Positions 16,720 through 26,990 of a stretch of 64,000 nucleotides of DNA are shown here, one piece after another. Position 1 is the stretch's first letter, and each line of letters begins with the position of its first letter. The DNA is from Escherichia coli. GTDB taxonomy: Bacteria; Pseudomonadota; Gammaproteobacteria; Enterobacterales; Enterobacteriaceae. The position numbers and the translations under genes were made by a program. The stretch is from assembly GCF_044647545.1 (NCBI RefSeq), contig NZ_CP172818.1. One strand, given 5' to 3'. The notes beneath the pieces were generated by a model, which made no database searches, was not told where the DNA came from, and saw only the letters and a list, made by a program, of their open reading frames with translations.

Positions 16720-17361
16720 TCACAACTCCGGGGTTAAATGAGCAAGAATTTGTTTTGCCTGAGTGGTCAGGCGATTACGAGAAAACATCAGTTGCAGACG
16801 TCCGCCGCCAACCTGGTGCCAGAGCACGGCGGCGCGAATGCCTGCCAGCAGGGTTGCGCGAACTTTCGCCTGCACTTGTGGGCTTTGCAGTACAGCAGGG
16901 GAACCGGTTACCTGAATGCGCGGGCCAAGCGGGCTAATCACATCAACATAGATAGCAGCCATCGCGCTCATCAGCGTTTCGGACTGTAAATCGAAGTGTT
17001 CGAGCTGGCGTTGCAGGCCGTTGATCCGGTTGCCCAGAGTGTCGAGCGCACCTTTCGCTGAGGAGAGTTTGCGCTCAAGCACCATCAGGCTGAGTGTGTA
17101 GCGGGTTAATTCAGCGTTTAAGCCCTGGCGACTGCTGGCATTGAGCACGCCGAGCAGGGTTTCCAGCCCGACGCGCAGGTTGGCTTCGCTGCCGCCAAAA
17201 ACCGCCAGCGTTGAGCTGGGGTTCATATCGATAATACTGTTGAGTGAGACGTGTAGCGCATCGCCATCACAATGCCCCTGGTGAGCGAGTTGTTGCACCA
17301 GGCGTGCCGACTGACAAATACCGGCCAGGGCGAGGGTGATGTCATAGTAATTCTTTGCCAC
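16720..17361 (-). CDS. hflD: High-frequency-of-lysogenization protein HflD
   Basis: Frame is open to GTG 17367. GTG 17361 gives the (M)[13 protein letters not shown] form. Confidence 0.88.
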   Translation of the reverse strand: MAKNYYDITLALAGICQSARLVQQLAHQGHCDGDALHVSLNSIIDMNPSSTLAVFGGSEANLRVGLETLLGVLNASSRQGLNAELTRYTLSLMVLERKLSSAKGALDTLGNRINGLQRQLEHFDLQSETLMSAMAAIYVDVISPLGPRIQVTGSPAVLQSPQVQAKVRATLLAGIRAAVLWHQVGGGRLQLMFSRNRLTTQAKQILAHLTPEL

Positions 17362-17396
17362 GTTCACTGCTTCCTTGTTTTAAGTAAAGATAATAA

Positions 17397-19018
<1,622 letters not shown>

Positions 19019-19027
19019 TTTGCATCC

Positions 19028-19681
19028 TTAATCTGTCGCGTCTCGCCATTCGCCATTGGCAAGATTATCCAAAGAGTAATCACCCATCGCATAGCGAATC
19101 AGTCGCAGCGTGGGGAAACCAACATGGGCGGTCATGCGGCGCACCTGGCGATTACGTCCTTCATATAAGGTGATCTTCAGCCAGCTGGTGGGAATACTTT
19201 TGCGTTCACGAATTGGTGGATTCCGCGGCCATAACCACGCGGGTTCGTCAACCAGCTCTACGCCTGCGGGCAGGGTAGGGCCATCATTTAAGGTTACGCC
19301 ATTGCGCAAGGCTTCAAGTGCGTCTTGTGTGGGAATACCTTCCACCTGCACATAATAGATTTTTCCGGTGCGTTTACCCGGCTGGGTTAAACGCGCCTGC
19401 AACGCGCCGTTATTGGTCAGCACCAGTAACCCTTCGCTATCGCGGTCAAGACGACCTGCTGCATAAACGCCCTGAACCGGGATGAATTCTTTTAATGTTT
19501 TGCGTCCGGCTTCATCGGTGAACTGCGGAAGAACATCGTAGGGTTTATTGAACAGGATCACACGCGTGGGCTGGTTTTCAGGTTTACGCTTAGTGGAGTG
19601 TTGCGAGTTTAGTCGACTAACCTGTTTTTTTCTAAAAGAAGTTTTTTGCATGGTATTTTCAGAGATTATGAATTGCCGCAT
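19028..19681 (-). CDS. rluE: 23S rRNA pseudouridine synthase RluE
   Basis: 217 aa. RsuA-family catalytic motif [17 protein letters not shown]. Confidence 0.92.
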   Translation of the reverse strand: MRQFIISENTMQKTSFRKKQVSRLNSQHSTKRKPENQPTRVILFNKPYDVLPQFTDEAGRKTLKEFIPVQGVYAAGRLDRDSEGLLVLTNNGALQARLTQPGKRTGKIYYVQVEGIPTQDALEALRNGVTLNDGPTLPAGVELVDEPAWLWPRNPPIRERKSIPTSWLKITLYEGRNRQVRRMTAHVGFPTLRLIRYAMGDYSLDNLANGEWRDATD

Positions 19682-19852
19682 TATAGCCTAATAACGCGCA
19701 TCTTTCATGACGGCAAACAATAGGGTAGTATTGACAAGCCAATTACAAATCATTAACAAAAAATTGCTCTAAAGCATCCGTATCGCAGGACGCAAACGCA
19801 TATGCAACGTGGTGGCAGACGAGCAAACCAGTAGCGCTCGAAGGAGAGGTGA

Positions 19853-21103
19853 ATGGAAAGTAAAGTAGTTGTTCCGGCACAAGGCAAGAAGATCACCCTG
19901 CAAAACGGCAAACTCAACGTTCCTGAAAATCCGATTATCCCTTACATTGAAGGTGATGGAATCGGTGTAGATGTAACCCCAGCCATGCTGAAAGTGGTCG
20001 ACGCTGCAGTCGAGAAAGCCTATAAAGGCGAGCGTAAAATCTCCTGGATGGAAATTTACACCGGTGAAAAATCCACACAGGTTTATGGTCAGGATGTCTG
20101 GCTACCTGCTGAAACCCTTGATCTGATTCGTGAATATCGCGTTGCCATCAAAGGCCCGCTGACCACTCCGGTTGGTGGTGGTATTCGCTCTCTCAACGTT
20201 GCTCTGCGCCAGGAACTGGATCTCTACATCTGCCTGCGTCCGGTACGTTACTATCAGGGCACTCCAAGCCCGGTTAAACACCCTGAACTGACCGATATGG
20301 TTATCTTCCGTGAAAACTCGGAAGACATTTATGCGGGTATCGAATGGAAAGCAGACTCTGCCGACGCTGAGAAAGTGATTAAATTCCTGCGTGAAGAGAT
20401 GGGCGTGAAGAAAATTCGCTTCCCGGAACATTGCGGCATCGGTATTAAGCCGTGTTCTGAAGAAGGCACCAAACGTCTGGTTCGTGCAGCGATCGAATAC
20501 GCAATTGCTAACGATCGTGACTCTGTGACCCTGGTGCACAAAGGCAACATCATGAAGTTCACCGAAGGCGCGTTTAAAGACTGGGGCTACCAGCTGGCGC
20601 GTGAAGAGTTTGGCGGTGAACTGATCGACGGCGGCCCGTGGCTGAAAGTTAAAAACCCGAACACCGGCAAAGAGATCGTCATTAAAGACGTGATTGCTGA
20701 TGCATTCCTGCAACAGATCCTGCTGCGTCCGGCTGAATATGATGTTATCGCCTGTATGAACCTGAACGGTGACTACATTTCTGACGCCCTGGCAGCGCAG
20801 GTTGGCGGTATCGGTATCGCCCCTGGCGCAAACATCGGTGACGAATGCGCCCTGTTTGAAGCCACCCACGGTACTGCGCCGAAATATGCCGGTCAGGACA
20901 AAGTAAACCCAGGCTCTATTATTCTCTCCGCTGAGATGATGTTACGCCATATGGGCTGGACTGAAGCCGCAGACTTGATTGTTAAAGGTATGGAAGGCGC
21001 AATCAACGCCAAGACTGTAACCTATGACTTCGAACGTCTGATGGAAGGCGCTAAACTGCTGAAATGTTCAGAGTTTGGTGACGCGATCATCAAGAATATG
21101 TAA
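19853..21103 (+). CDS. icd: Isocitrate dehydrogenase (NADP) Icd
   Basis: 416 aa with motif NLNGDYISD. The last 161 nt lie inside the prophage-flanking direct repeat. Confidence 0.97.
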   Translation: MESKVVVPAQGKKITLQNGKLNVPENPIIPYIEGDGIGVDVTPAMLKVVDAAVEKAYKGERKISWMEIYTGEKSTQVYGQDVWLPAETLDLIREYRVAIKGPLTTPVGGGIRSLNVALRQELDLYICLRPVRYYQGTPSPVKHPELTDMVIFRENSEDIYAGIEWKADSADAEKVIKFLREEMGVKKIRFPEHCGIGIKPCSEEGTKRLVRAAIEYAIANDRDSVTLVHKGNIMKFTEGAFKDWGYQLAREEFGGELIDGGPWLKVKNPNTGKEIVIKDVIADAFLQQILLRPAEYDVIACMNLNGDYISDALAAQVGGIGIAPGANIGDECALFEATHGTAPKYAGQDKVNPGSIILSAEMMLRHMGWTEAADLIVKGMEGAINAKTVTYDFERLMEGAKLLKCSEFGDAIIKNM

Positions 21104-21154
21104 TTACTACATGTGTTAAATATTGTAACGGGCGTATAACACGCCCGTTGTTTT
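20943..21154 (+). repeat. Left 212-bp direct repeat (icd 3' end plus terminator; attL side)
   Basis: Reads identically to 36118-36329 in my base-by-base comparison. Confidence 0.9.
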
Positions 21155-21156
21155 TT
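21127..21156 (+). terminator. icd Rho-independent terminator (copy 1)
   Basis: 9-bp stem aacgggcgt/acgcccgtt, 5-nt loop, then a T6 run. Confidence 0.85.
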
Positions 21157-21172
21157 GTTAGGCTGCTAACGG

Positions 21173-21205
21173 TTATCAAAATTTTATCAAAAAAAGTTAT
21201 CAAAA
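21173..21205 (+). repeat. Three direct TTATCAAAA copies (candidate integrase arm-type sites)
   Basis: TTATCAAAA at 21173, 21184 and 21197, just inside the left junction. A fourth copy in the same orientation lies at 35988-35996 near the right junction. Confidence 0.45.
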
Positions 21206-21518
21206 CCCCTCGGTAGTTTTGGGGTAGGCTGGCCGGTCAGGTGGTAGTTCTACTACTAGTCTCCCACATAGATATTCCTTAGCTTTTTATTATTGCTGGC
21301 GGACGCTCGTTAATATTTAAGGTCTTCATTGATTAAGACATCCCCAAAGTTAGTTATGTATTCACTGTTATTAGGACAATTATGAATTACCACTCCTTAC
21401 ACCCGCTCAAATATTGTTAAATTGCCGGTTTTGTATCAACTACTCACCCGGGACTCGCCAGGGGACAGCCAACAGGCATTGGGTGCAATCACCTTAGCGT
21501 TCAGGTACATGCGGAATG

Positions 21519-21543
21519 TAAAAAAGGCCGCGAGCGCGGCCCC
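21519..21543 (-). terminator. Rho-independent terminator of ymfE-ymfD
   Basis: The minus strand reads ggccgc-gctc-gcggcc followed by T6. It lies about 55 nt 3' of the ymfD stop. Confidence 0.75.
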
Positions 21544-21596
21544 TTCACATACATCTTTAGTACTGAGACTGTTTAACCTAGGGAATTATTATCGTA

Positions 21597-22262
21597 TTAT
21601 ATTGCATTACAACTCCCAACAGTGACATATGAACTTCCTGCTTTACTCCACGACTTTAATATTTCAAGGCCATGTGAAGAACATATTTCTTGCACTGCGA
21701 GTTCATCGAGTAATCCATAGTAAGAAACACTTTTTGAATTTTTGTAAATGTATCCGTAAAGATGTTTTCTTCCTGTTTCGTATTTTTTGAAGTATGAGCT
21801 TTTATATTGATTTACAATAAGAGTCTCACCTCCTGATTTTAGTAATCTCTTGATGCTAAGAACTATTTTGTCGATTGTATCCCGACAAGGAACGGCAGAG
21901 AGAACATTAGAGCAAAGGATGAAATCGTAACCCCCAATTATTTTGTCGACATCCTCGAAAGCAACTGTATTTGCATTTTTATAATATCGTGGGACATAGT
22001 CAATAATTTTAGTTTTAATTCCTCTAATAATTTGCTCTCTTTCAAGTTGCCTTTTCGAGTCTAGAAAAGTAACTTCATCAAATTTACTGATTAATTCATC
22101 AGAATATCTAAGTTTTCCGCAGCCAAAATCAAGGGCGTGGCCATTTTTCTCAATGCTTCTAATATACTCGCAAAGATATCTAGAGGGCATCGTATGAGGT
22201 TTTGCTGCATTCTCTGAGCGAATATTAACTCCGTGCATATTATAGTTCAAAGCAAGTACCAT
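21597..22262 (-). CDS. ymfD: Class I SAM-dependent methyltransferase YmfD (substrate unknown)
   Basis: 221 aa. Motif I ALDFGCGKLRY, acidic post-I FLDS, motif IV-like FILCSNVL. Very AT-rich. Start abuts the ymfE stop (TGAATG). Confidence 0.85.
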   Translation of the reverse strand: MVLALNYNMHGVNIRSENAAKPHTMPSRYLCEYIRSIEKNGHALDFGCGKLRYSDELISKFDEVTFLDSKRQLEREQIIRGIKTKIIDYVPRYYKNANTVAFEDVDKIIGGYDFILCSNVLSAVPCRDTIDKIVLSIKRLLKSGGETLIVNQYKSSYFKKYETGRKHLYGYIYKNSKSVSYYGLLDELAVQEICSSHGLEILKSWSKAGSSYVTVGSCNAI

Positions 22263-22976
22263 TCAATTAATGTTATTTTTAGTGAAAAATTCTTTTATTT
22301 TATCGTCCGGGATTTTTCCGACTTGACTTTCAGTTCTGGGCTTAACTGTCAAAGCAAAGATAATACCACTCACTGAGAATGATAAAATTACAAAAAAGAA
22401 TAAAGACAGCAAAGAACCTTCAACATGAAAAATATCCATTTGTTTGCAAAAAAAGATTATTAGGAAGGAAATTAATGCAATTATCGAAAATTCAAAAAAT
22501 ATCCAAAAATAGTATACTTTATTCCAGAAGAGTTCAATATAATGTTTGTCTTCAATTTTTCTTACTTCAGGGTAATATAGATTGCTCATTACATTGTGAG
22601 CTTCATCTTTATTTAATTTTCTGTTGACTCCAGCTCTCCGTGATAACGGTTTTATAATTAGATGCTTATCCCAAAGATATCGCACCCGAAGTAGTTTGGC
22701 TGCATTGTTATGTAGGTCTAACGCACCGCTAATTAAATATGCAAAAATCGCAAAAGCACAAGGTAATATACCAAAAGATAGTGCCCAATTAATAAAGCTC
22801 TCATGATCTTTAATAGGTGGGACATACTTGGTTGGTAATGTTATTAAAGGGATGTATTCGTAAATAACTAGAAGTATGCAATATATTAGCGTATTTAAGA
22901 AAGTTGCTTTATGAAGTTTAGGCAACATTTCATTATAATTTTTGGGGGGTTCGAACATATTATTCACCTGAGTCAC
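22263..22976 (-). CDS. ymfE: Polytopic inner-membrane protein YmfE (function unknown)
   Basis: 237-aa ORF with about 4 hydrophobic helices and alternative Met starts within the first 7 codons. Translationally coupled to ymfD. Confidence 0.8.
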   Translation of the reverse strand: MTQVNNMFEPPKNYNEMLPKLHKATFLNTLIYCILLVIYEYIPLITLPTKYVPPIKDHESFINWALSFGILPCAFAIFAYLISGALDLHNNAAKLLRVRYLWDKHLIIKPLSRRAGVNRKLNKDEAHNVMSNLYYPEVRKIEDKHYIELFWNKVYYFWIFFEFSIIALISFLIIFFCKQMDIFHVEGSLLSLFFFVILSFSVSGIIFALTVKPRTESQVGKIPDDKIKEFFTKNNIN

Positions 22977-23168
22977 GCTTTAGGATAGTGTAATGGTAAT
23001 ATTTAATTAAGTGTCATTATATACTTTTCAGTAGGTTAGTTACAATTTTTTGTATCTGTTCAGGCTGACCTAGCTTCGCTGACAGACAATATTGTGATCA
23101 GTAGCACGTATCGAGGAGGAGTAGCGCTACAAATTTGACGCTGGGTGAGAATCTGAAATTGATAGAAA

Positions 23169-23232
23169 TGAAATAATGAAATAATGAAATGATGAAATGA
23201 TGAAATGATGAAATGATGAAATGATGAAATGA
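23169..23232. repeat. 8-bp tandem repeat, 8 copies (2 x TGAAATAA + 6 x TGAAATGA)
   Basis: Counted directly in the sequence. Lies in the divergent ymfE/lit intergenic region. Confidence 0.95.
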
Positions 23233-23424
23233 TGACAGAGTGTCCAGTGGGCACGGATGGTGTCTTACGACATGCTTACCTTAATCGTTCCCAGTGTGCC
23301 TATAGCAGATATTCTAAACATGTCGATAATTCATTACGCATATAGTATCGAACATAGAAAAAACTGAAGATTCATCTTATTTTGTATATACTACCTAGCC
23401 CAACAATGTAGAGGTTAACGAAAA

Positions 23425-24318
23425 ATGCGCTCACCAATTTGTCATCTTTTCTCAGCAATTAATTCATCACCATTTAAGATTGCACCAGAGAAGGAGCAAG
23501 ATCTTAAAACGATAGTTGACGACAAAAAAATTATAATTTCAGTTGTGAGTGAACCTGGTTTTAATATCCGAGTCAGGAAGAATGAGAGTAATAATTCACA
23601 TGAAATAGTTCTAACAGTAGCTTCACTTGAATATATTTGGGCATTTTCCAATTTCTTTTGGGTTTTTACGCAAGAGTACTCCAAATCTCAGAAAAATAAT
23701 GATGAGCACTTTGATTTAACAGGAAAAAATAGGCTTAAAAAGTCTGATGAACTTCTTAAATGGGCAAGGAAAAACTTGCAAACAACAGGTTGCGAATCAT
23801 GGCCTAAAAAATGTCCCAAGCCAGAAGCATATTTACAAGGAAGCGAAGACTCACAAGTTGCTAGCGAGATATTTCTTTGTGCTATTGCTTGGATTCTTCA
23901 TCATGAAATAAGTCATGTTGTTTTACAGCATCCATTGGTCACTACAGCATTCTCCACTCAAGAGGAGCGTGAAGCAGATTCACATGCTACAAAATGGATA
24001 TTAGGCAACCTGTATGAATCCGCTCCTGAATTAAAGAAACGTGCACTTGGCATTGCTACGGCAGTGCTTTGTATACAAAGCTTAGAAGTTGAAAATTACT
24101 TCTGTTTACAAAATACACACCCAGCTGCATATGAGCGTATATATTCGAATATTTCATGCTACCCTGTCGGAAATGAAGAGTTGATTGAAGCTCTATGTAC
24201 AGTGATGCTTCAATATCTTTTCCATGGCAAAAATATCAATGTGAATCTAGATGGGGAGTCCTTTTCATCGATTTTAGGTGATCTTCTCTGTGATATTTCA
24301 CGTCTTACCAGTAACTGA
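23425..24318 (+). CDS. lit: Lit: phage-exclusion zinc metalloprotease (cleaves EF-Tu during T4 late gene expression)
   Basis: 297 aa with HExxH motif (HHEISH). Recognised as e14 Lit. Confidence 0.92.
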   Translation: MRSPICHLFSAINSSPFKIAPEKEQDLKTIVDDKKIIISVVSEPGFNIRVRKNESNNSHEIVLTVASLEYIWAFSNFFWVFTQEYSKSQKNNDEHFDLTGKNRLKKSDELLKWARKNLQTTGCESWPKKCPKPEAYLQGSEDSQVASEIFLCAIAWILHHEISHVVLQHPLVTTAFSTQEEREADSHATKWILGNLYESAPELKKRALGIATAVLCIQSLEVENYFCLQNTHPAAYERIYSNISCYPVGNEELIEALCTVMLQYLFHGKNINVNLDGESFSSILGDLLCDISRLTSN

Positions 24319-24408
24319 TATGGCTGTCCGCCGCTCGCTTAAAGTGGACTTTTTAGTTTTTATCATGTGCGGTGAGAAATTCAATGTGGCGTTGAGATGC
24401 TTAAAGGT

Positions 24409-25536
24409 TCACAACGCTACTTTGCTCCATCCTTTACCTCGATCATCATGATAACGATCGGTTTGTTGTTGTGTTTTATGACCAAGTAGTTTTTGTGTGT
24501 CTAACCCCTGTTCTTTATACAGACGTTCAGATAAAGACCTTTGCTCATGGAATGTCGCAGGTGAACCCTCTCCCCAGTCAATTCTTGCTAAATCTCTCGC
24601 TTTACTAAAATTCATCGTCAATGTATTGGCTTTAACCTGCGCTCCGCGCTCTGCTTGTGAAGTTGAACGAAAAAAATGCACTAAGTATGCACTGACTGCA
24701 TAGTCACGGCAGCGGGCTACTACATCGCGTAAACTCCAGTTAATCGCATTGAGGCGAAGAGAAAGAGGAATTGCGATTTTGCTCCCGGTCTTTTCCTGAA
24801 TGACATGAAGATGATCATCCCAAATATCGCTAAATTTCATACGCGAAATATCACCTAACCGCTGACCAGTAACCAGCGCTAACAGCATGGCATTTCCCAT
24901 GTAACGATGAGTAGCGTCTGCGATATCGAAGATTTTTTTCCATTCTTCAAGGCTCAGCCGTTGTCGGGTAATTTTTCTTCTTGGTTGTTTAGTGGCTAAT
25001 GCTGGGTTATAGCCAGGAGGTACTTCTCCGTAGTGCTGCGCCTCTTTGAAAACATCAATCAGGACGGAGCGAACTACTTGTGCCATTCTTGGCCGCCCAG
25101 CGGCGATATACTCATCAAGCAATTGTGCTATATCTCTGACATCAACGGCTGAGATCAACTTCATTCCTGCTCGTTCTCTGAGCAAGGATACTGGTTTAGC
25201 TTTTTGTTTATAGGTGTTGAGTCTTATATCACCACTTTTAAGCCTGTCATCCTGGATCGCTTGATAGCGATCTAACCAGGTTGACGTTGTGATAGCCTTT
25301 CCTTTGCTGGTTGCGATCCTGTCACTGATAGCCAGAATCTGCCGGGTTCTTTGTTCAGCCAGGCGAGTGTTGGCCTCAGTGGCAATAGCGATAGCTTCAG
25401 CTTCGTTTGTTCCCAAAGCATGGAATTTTCCTGTCACTGGATGCTTATACCGCCAATAGACTTTATTTACCTTCCTACTATAAAGCGGATATAAGTTAGG
25501 GACTGAAACATTATTCTTACGCGGTCTGGCTGCCAT
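24409..25536 (-). CDS. intE: Tyrosine integrase IntE
   Basis: 375 aa. Catalytic pattern R (GQRLGD), HxxR (HEQRSL) and H...Y (GHKTQQQTDRY). Confidence 0.94.
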   Translation of the reverse strand: MAARPRKNNVSVPNLYPLYSRKVNKVYWRYKHPVTGKFHALGTNEAEAIAIATEANTRLAEQRTRQILAISDRIATSKGKAITTSTWLDRYQAIQDDRLKSGDIRLNTYKQKAKPVSLLRERAGMKLISAVDVRDIAQLLDEYIAAGRPRMAQVVRSVLIDVFKEAQHYGEVPPGYNPALATKQPRRKITRQRLSLEEWKKIFDIADATHRYMGNAMLLALVTGQRLGDISRMKFSDIWDDHLHVIQEKTGSKIAIPLSLRLNAINWSLRDVVARCRDYAVSAYLVHFFRSTSQAERGAQVKANTLTMNFSKARDLARIDWGEGSPATFHEQRSLSERLYKEQGLDTQKLLGHKTQQQTDRYHDDRGKGWSKVAL

Positions 25537-25762
25537 TACTCAAAATCCGTTGCAAAAGTAATGAGTCATTTTTCTTGATTACAGGTGTTACCAACTCCCC
25601 AACTAACTCGGCGTCCTCACGCACTCGCCATAACCGGCCTTGTTTCATGGCCGGTGGACAAAATAAATTCTGCTTAGCATAACGACGCAATGTGGACACA
25701 CTTGGAGGATTACTTCTGTATTTTTCAGCAGCCCATTCTTCAAGAGTTAACATTTGAAGCAT
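25517..25762 (-). CDS. xisE: Excisionase XisE
   Basis: 81-aa small HTH-type protein. 20-nt overlap with the intE start. Confidence 0.85.
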   Translation of the reverse strand: MLQMLTLEEWAAEKYRSNPPSVSTLRRYAKQNLFCPPAMKQGRLWRVREDAELVGELVTPVIKKNDSLLLQRILSNGSQTA

Positions 25763-25829
25763 ATGCGATCACCTTATTACTACACTAACTGCTTAGTCTC
25801 ATCATATCGACCCTGCAAGGCCGATTAGT

Positions 25830-26120
25830 TTCTCCACAAAACAGAGAAGAACACCTGCGGCGGCAGCCGCCCGGATGGATTGGGTTATGAGCCCGTCGTC
25901 CGGTGATGCTCTTCTCTGTTTTGTAAAAAGGACGGTACCAGCCTGAAGCAAGGGTACAAACTGGTACCGCCAGGACTACACACAGCATAAAGTTGTGGTG
26001 CCGGGTGCCTCCCGGTGCCTGGCGAAGGTTGCACACCAGACGGGTGGGTATCCACAGAAGGTCGACTGTCAGCCTCAACCTTAACCCGCGTGCGCTGAGC
26101 CGCATTCACCACAACGCTAA
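25830..26120. other. GC-rich, stem-dense non-coding island (candidate structured RNA or leader)
   Basis: Perfect pairings at 25836-25850/25910-25924 (15 bp), 25933-25941/25961-25969 (9 bp), 25992-26000/26107-26115 (9 bp) and 26025-26031/26076-26082 (7 bp). Only overlapping low-quality ORFs are present. Confidence 0.3.
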
Positions 26121-26228
26121 GGATTCTCTTTGGTTGAAAATACTTAGCTGTTATGTGCCTGTCTTTTCACCACTTCAGGCTCGGTGGTATGCTGGAGTTC
26201 TCACACAGCCAGCAAGCAAGGAAACTTA

Positions 26229-26570
26229 ATGAACCAGTTTTATGTTCACGTTCGTCTATTTGAAGACACAGCCGAACAGACCAAAAAATTTGAAGAATTA
26301 ATGCTTAACTTTCTGTACCAGAAAACAGTTAAAGAGTCTGACGATAGCTGCTGCAGACTGATTCCAGAGGGATATATCCTCAAAAGTACAATGAACTGCC
26401 AACAAATCCTTGATCAAACATTTTCAATTGCTAACAGTGCCGGTGTTGACGCAAATATATTTGTCTGTAAATTTGAACAAAGCGCATGCTTACTTCCGTC
26501 TGCTTCCTTAGTTGGTAACGATTTCGTTCATTACGATCTTACGCCTAAGCCCATCAAGCTCGATTCTTAA
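26229..26570 (+). CDS. ymfI: Prophage protein YmfI (function unknown)
   Basis: Track ORF trimmed to ATG 26229 (MNQFYVHVRLFED), 113 aa. Confidence 0.7.
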   Translation: MNQFYVHVRLFEDTAEQTKKFEELMLNFLYQKTVKESDDSCCRLIPEGYILKSTMNCQQILDQTFSIANSAGVDANIFVCKFEQSACLLPSASLVGNDFVHYDLTPKPIKLDS

Positions 26571-26816
26571 AGCCTTAACCATTGTGTCGTGATAAACACG
26601 GCTCACCTTCTCTCCATTGCATGGCAGAGGGGTGAGTGTGTTAGCCATGAAATTCATGAACTCGGTTCGACCAGGGGCTTGCGCCCCGCAAGTCTTTAAT
26701 GCCTGTTTTGCTAACAAAATGCGGGCCTCAGTGCCTGCATTTGGCTCTATCTGCTGCAAACGTTTAGCGTCTTCCAGCAACAATGCGATCACATGCTTCA
26801 AATTCTGCTCATTCAT
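26508..26816 (-). CDS. ymfJ: Prophage protein YmfJ (function unknown)
   Basis: 102-aa ORF. Its 3' end overlaps ymfI convergently by 63 nt. Confidence 0.7.
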   Translation of the reverse strand: MNEQNLKHVIALLLEDAKRLQQIEPNAGTEARILLAKQALKTCGAQAPGRTEFMNFMANTLTPLPCNGEKVSRVYHDTMVKALRIELDGLRRKIVMNEIVTN

Positions 26817-26923
26817 CTATTCTCTCCACTGAAATCATCCGCTAACGAATCATCCCGGTCTTCGTACGTACCGGGCGGGCTACTTCGTGGGCGTCCTGCC
26901 TGTTTGTTGTTTCTCTTGGGTAC

Positions 26924-26952
26924 ATTATGTATCTCAAAGGTACATTGTCAAG
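26924..26952 (-). promoter_or_regulatory. Near-consensus sigma70 promoter reading toward ymfJ
   Basis: Minus strand: TTGACA (26952-26947), 17-nt spacer, CATAAT (26929-26924). Two ATGTACC repeats overlap it. Confidence 0.55.
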
Positions 26953-26953
26953 T

Positions 26954-26978
26954 ATAAAAAAACCTGCCGAAGCAGGTT
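26954..26978 (-). terminator. Rho-independent terminator of cohE
   Basis: The minus strand reads aacctgc-ttcg-gcaggtt followed by a T-run, directly 3' of the cohE stop. Confidence 0.75.
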
Positions 26979-26990
26979 CATAAACATTGA

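Noticed and set aside
21157-21596. Candidate small RNAs that K-12 catalogues list (as I recall) in the icd-ymfD spacer and in the hlyE-umuD spacer (55093-55463).
   Set aside because: I could not identify promoter plus terminator pairs or convincing structures for them from the sequence alone, so they are not called as features.
23169-23232. Whether the tandem repeat could be a CRISPR array.
   Set aside because: The units are 8 bp and contiguous with no spacers, and there are no cas genes. It is a microsatellite-type repeat.
23060-23254. 64-aa ORF across the 8-bp tandem repeat (SFHHFIIS repeats).
   Set aside because: Its sequence is simply the repeat read in frame. It has no RBS and sits in a promoter region.
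25785-26229. Three overlapping ORFs (106 aa and 75 aa on minus, 78 aa on plus) in the xisE-ymfI spacer.
   Set aside because: They are mutually overlapping on both strands, with low-complexity Arg/Pro/Gly-rich products and no motifs. They are better explained by GC-rich structured non-coding DNA (see finding).
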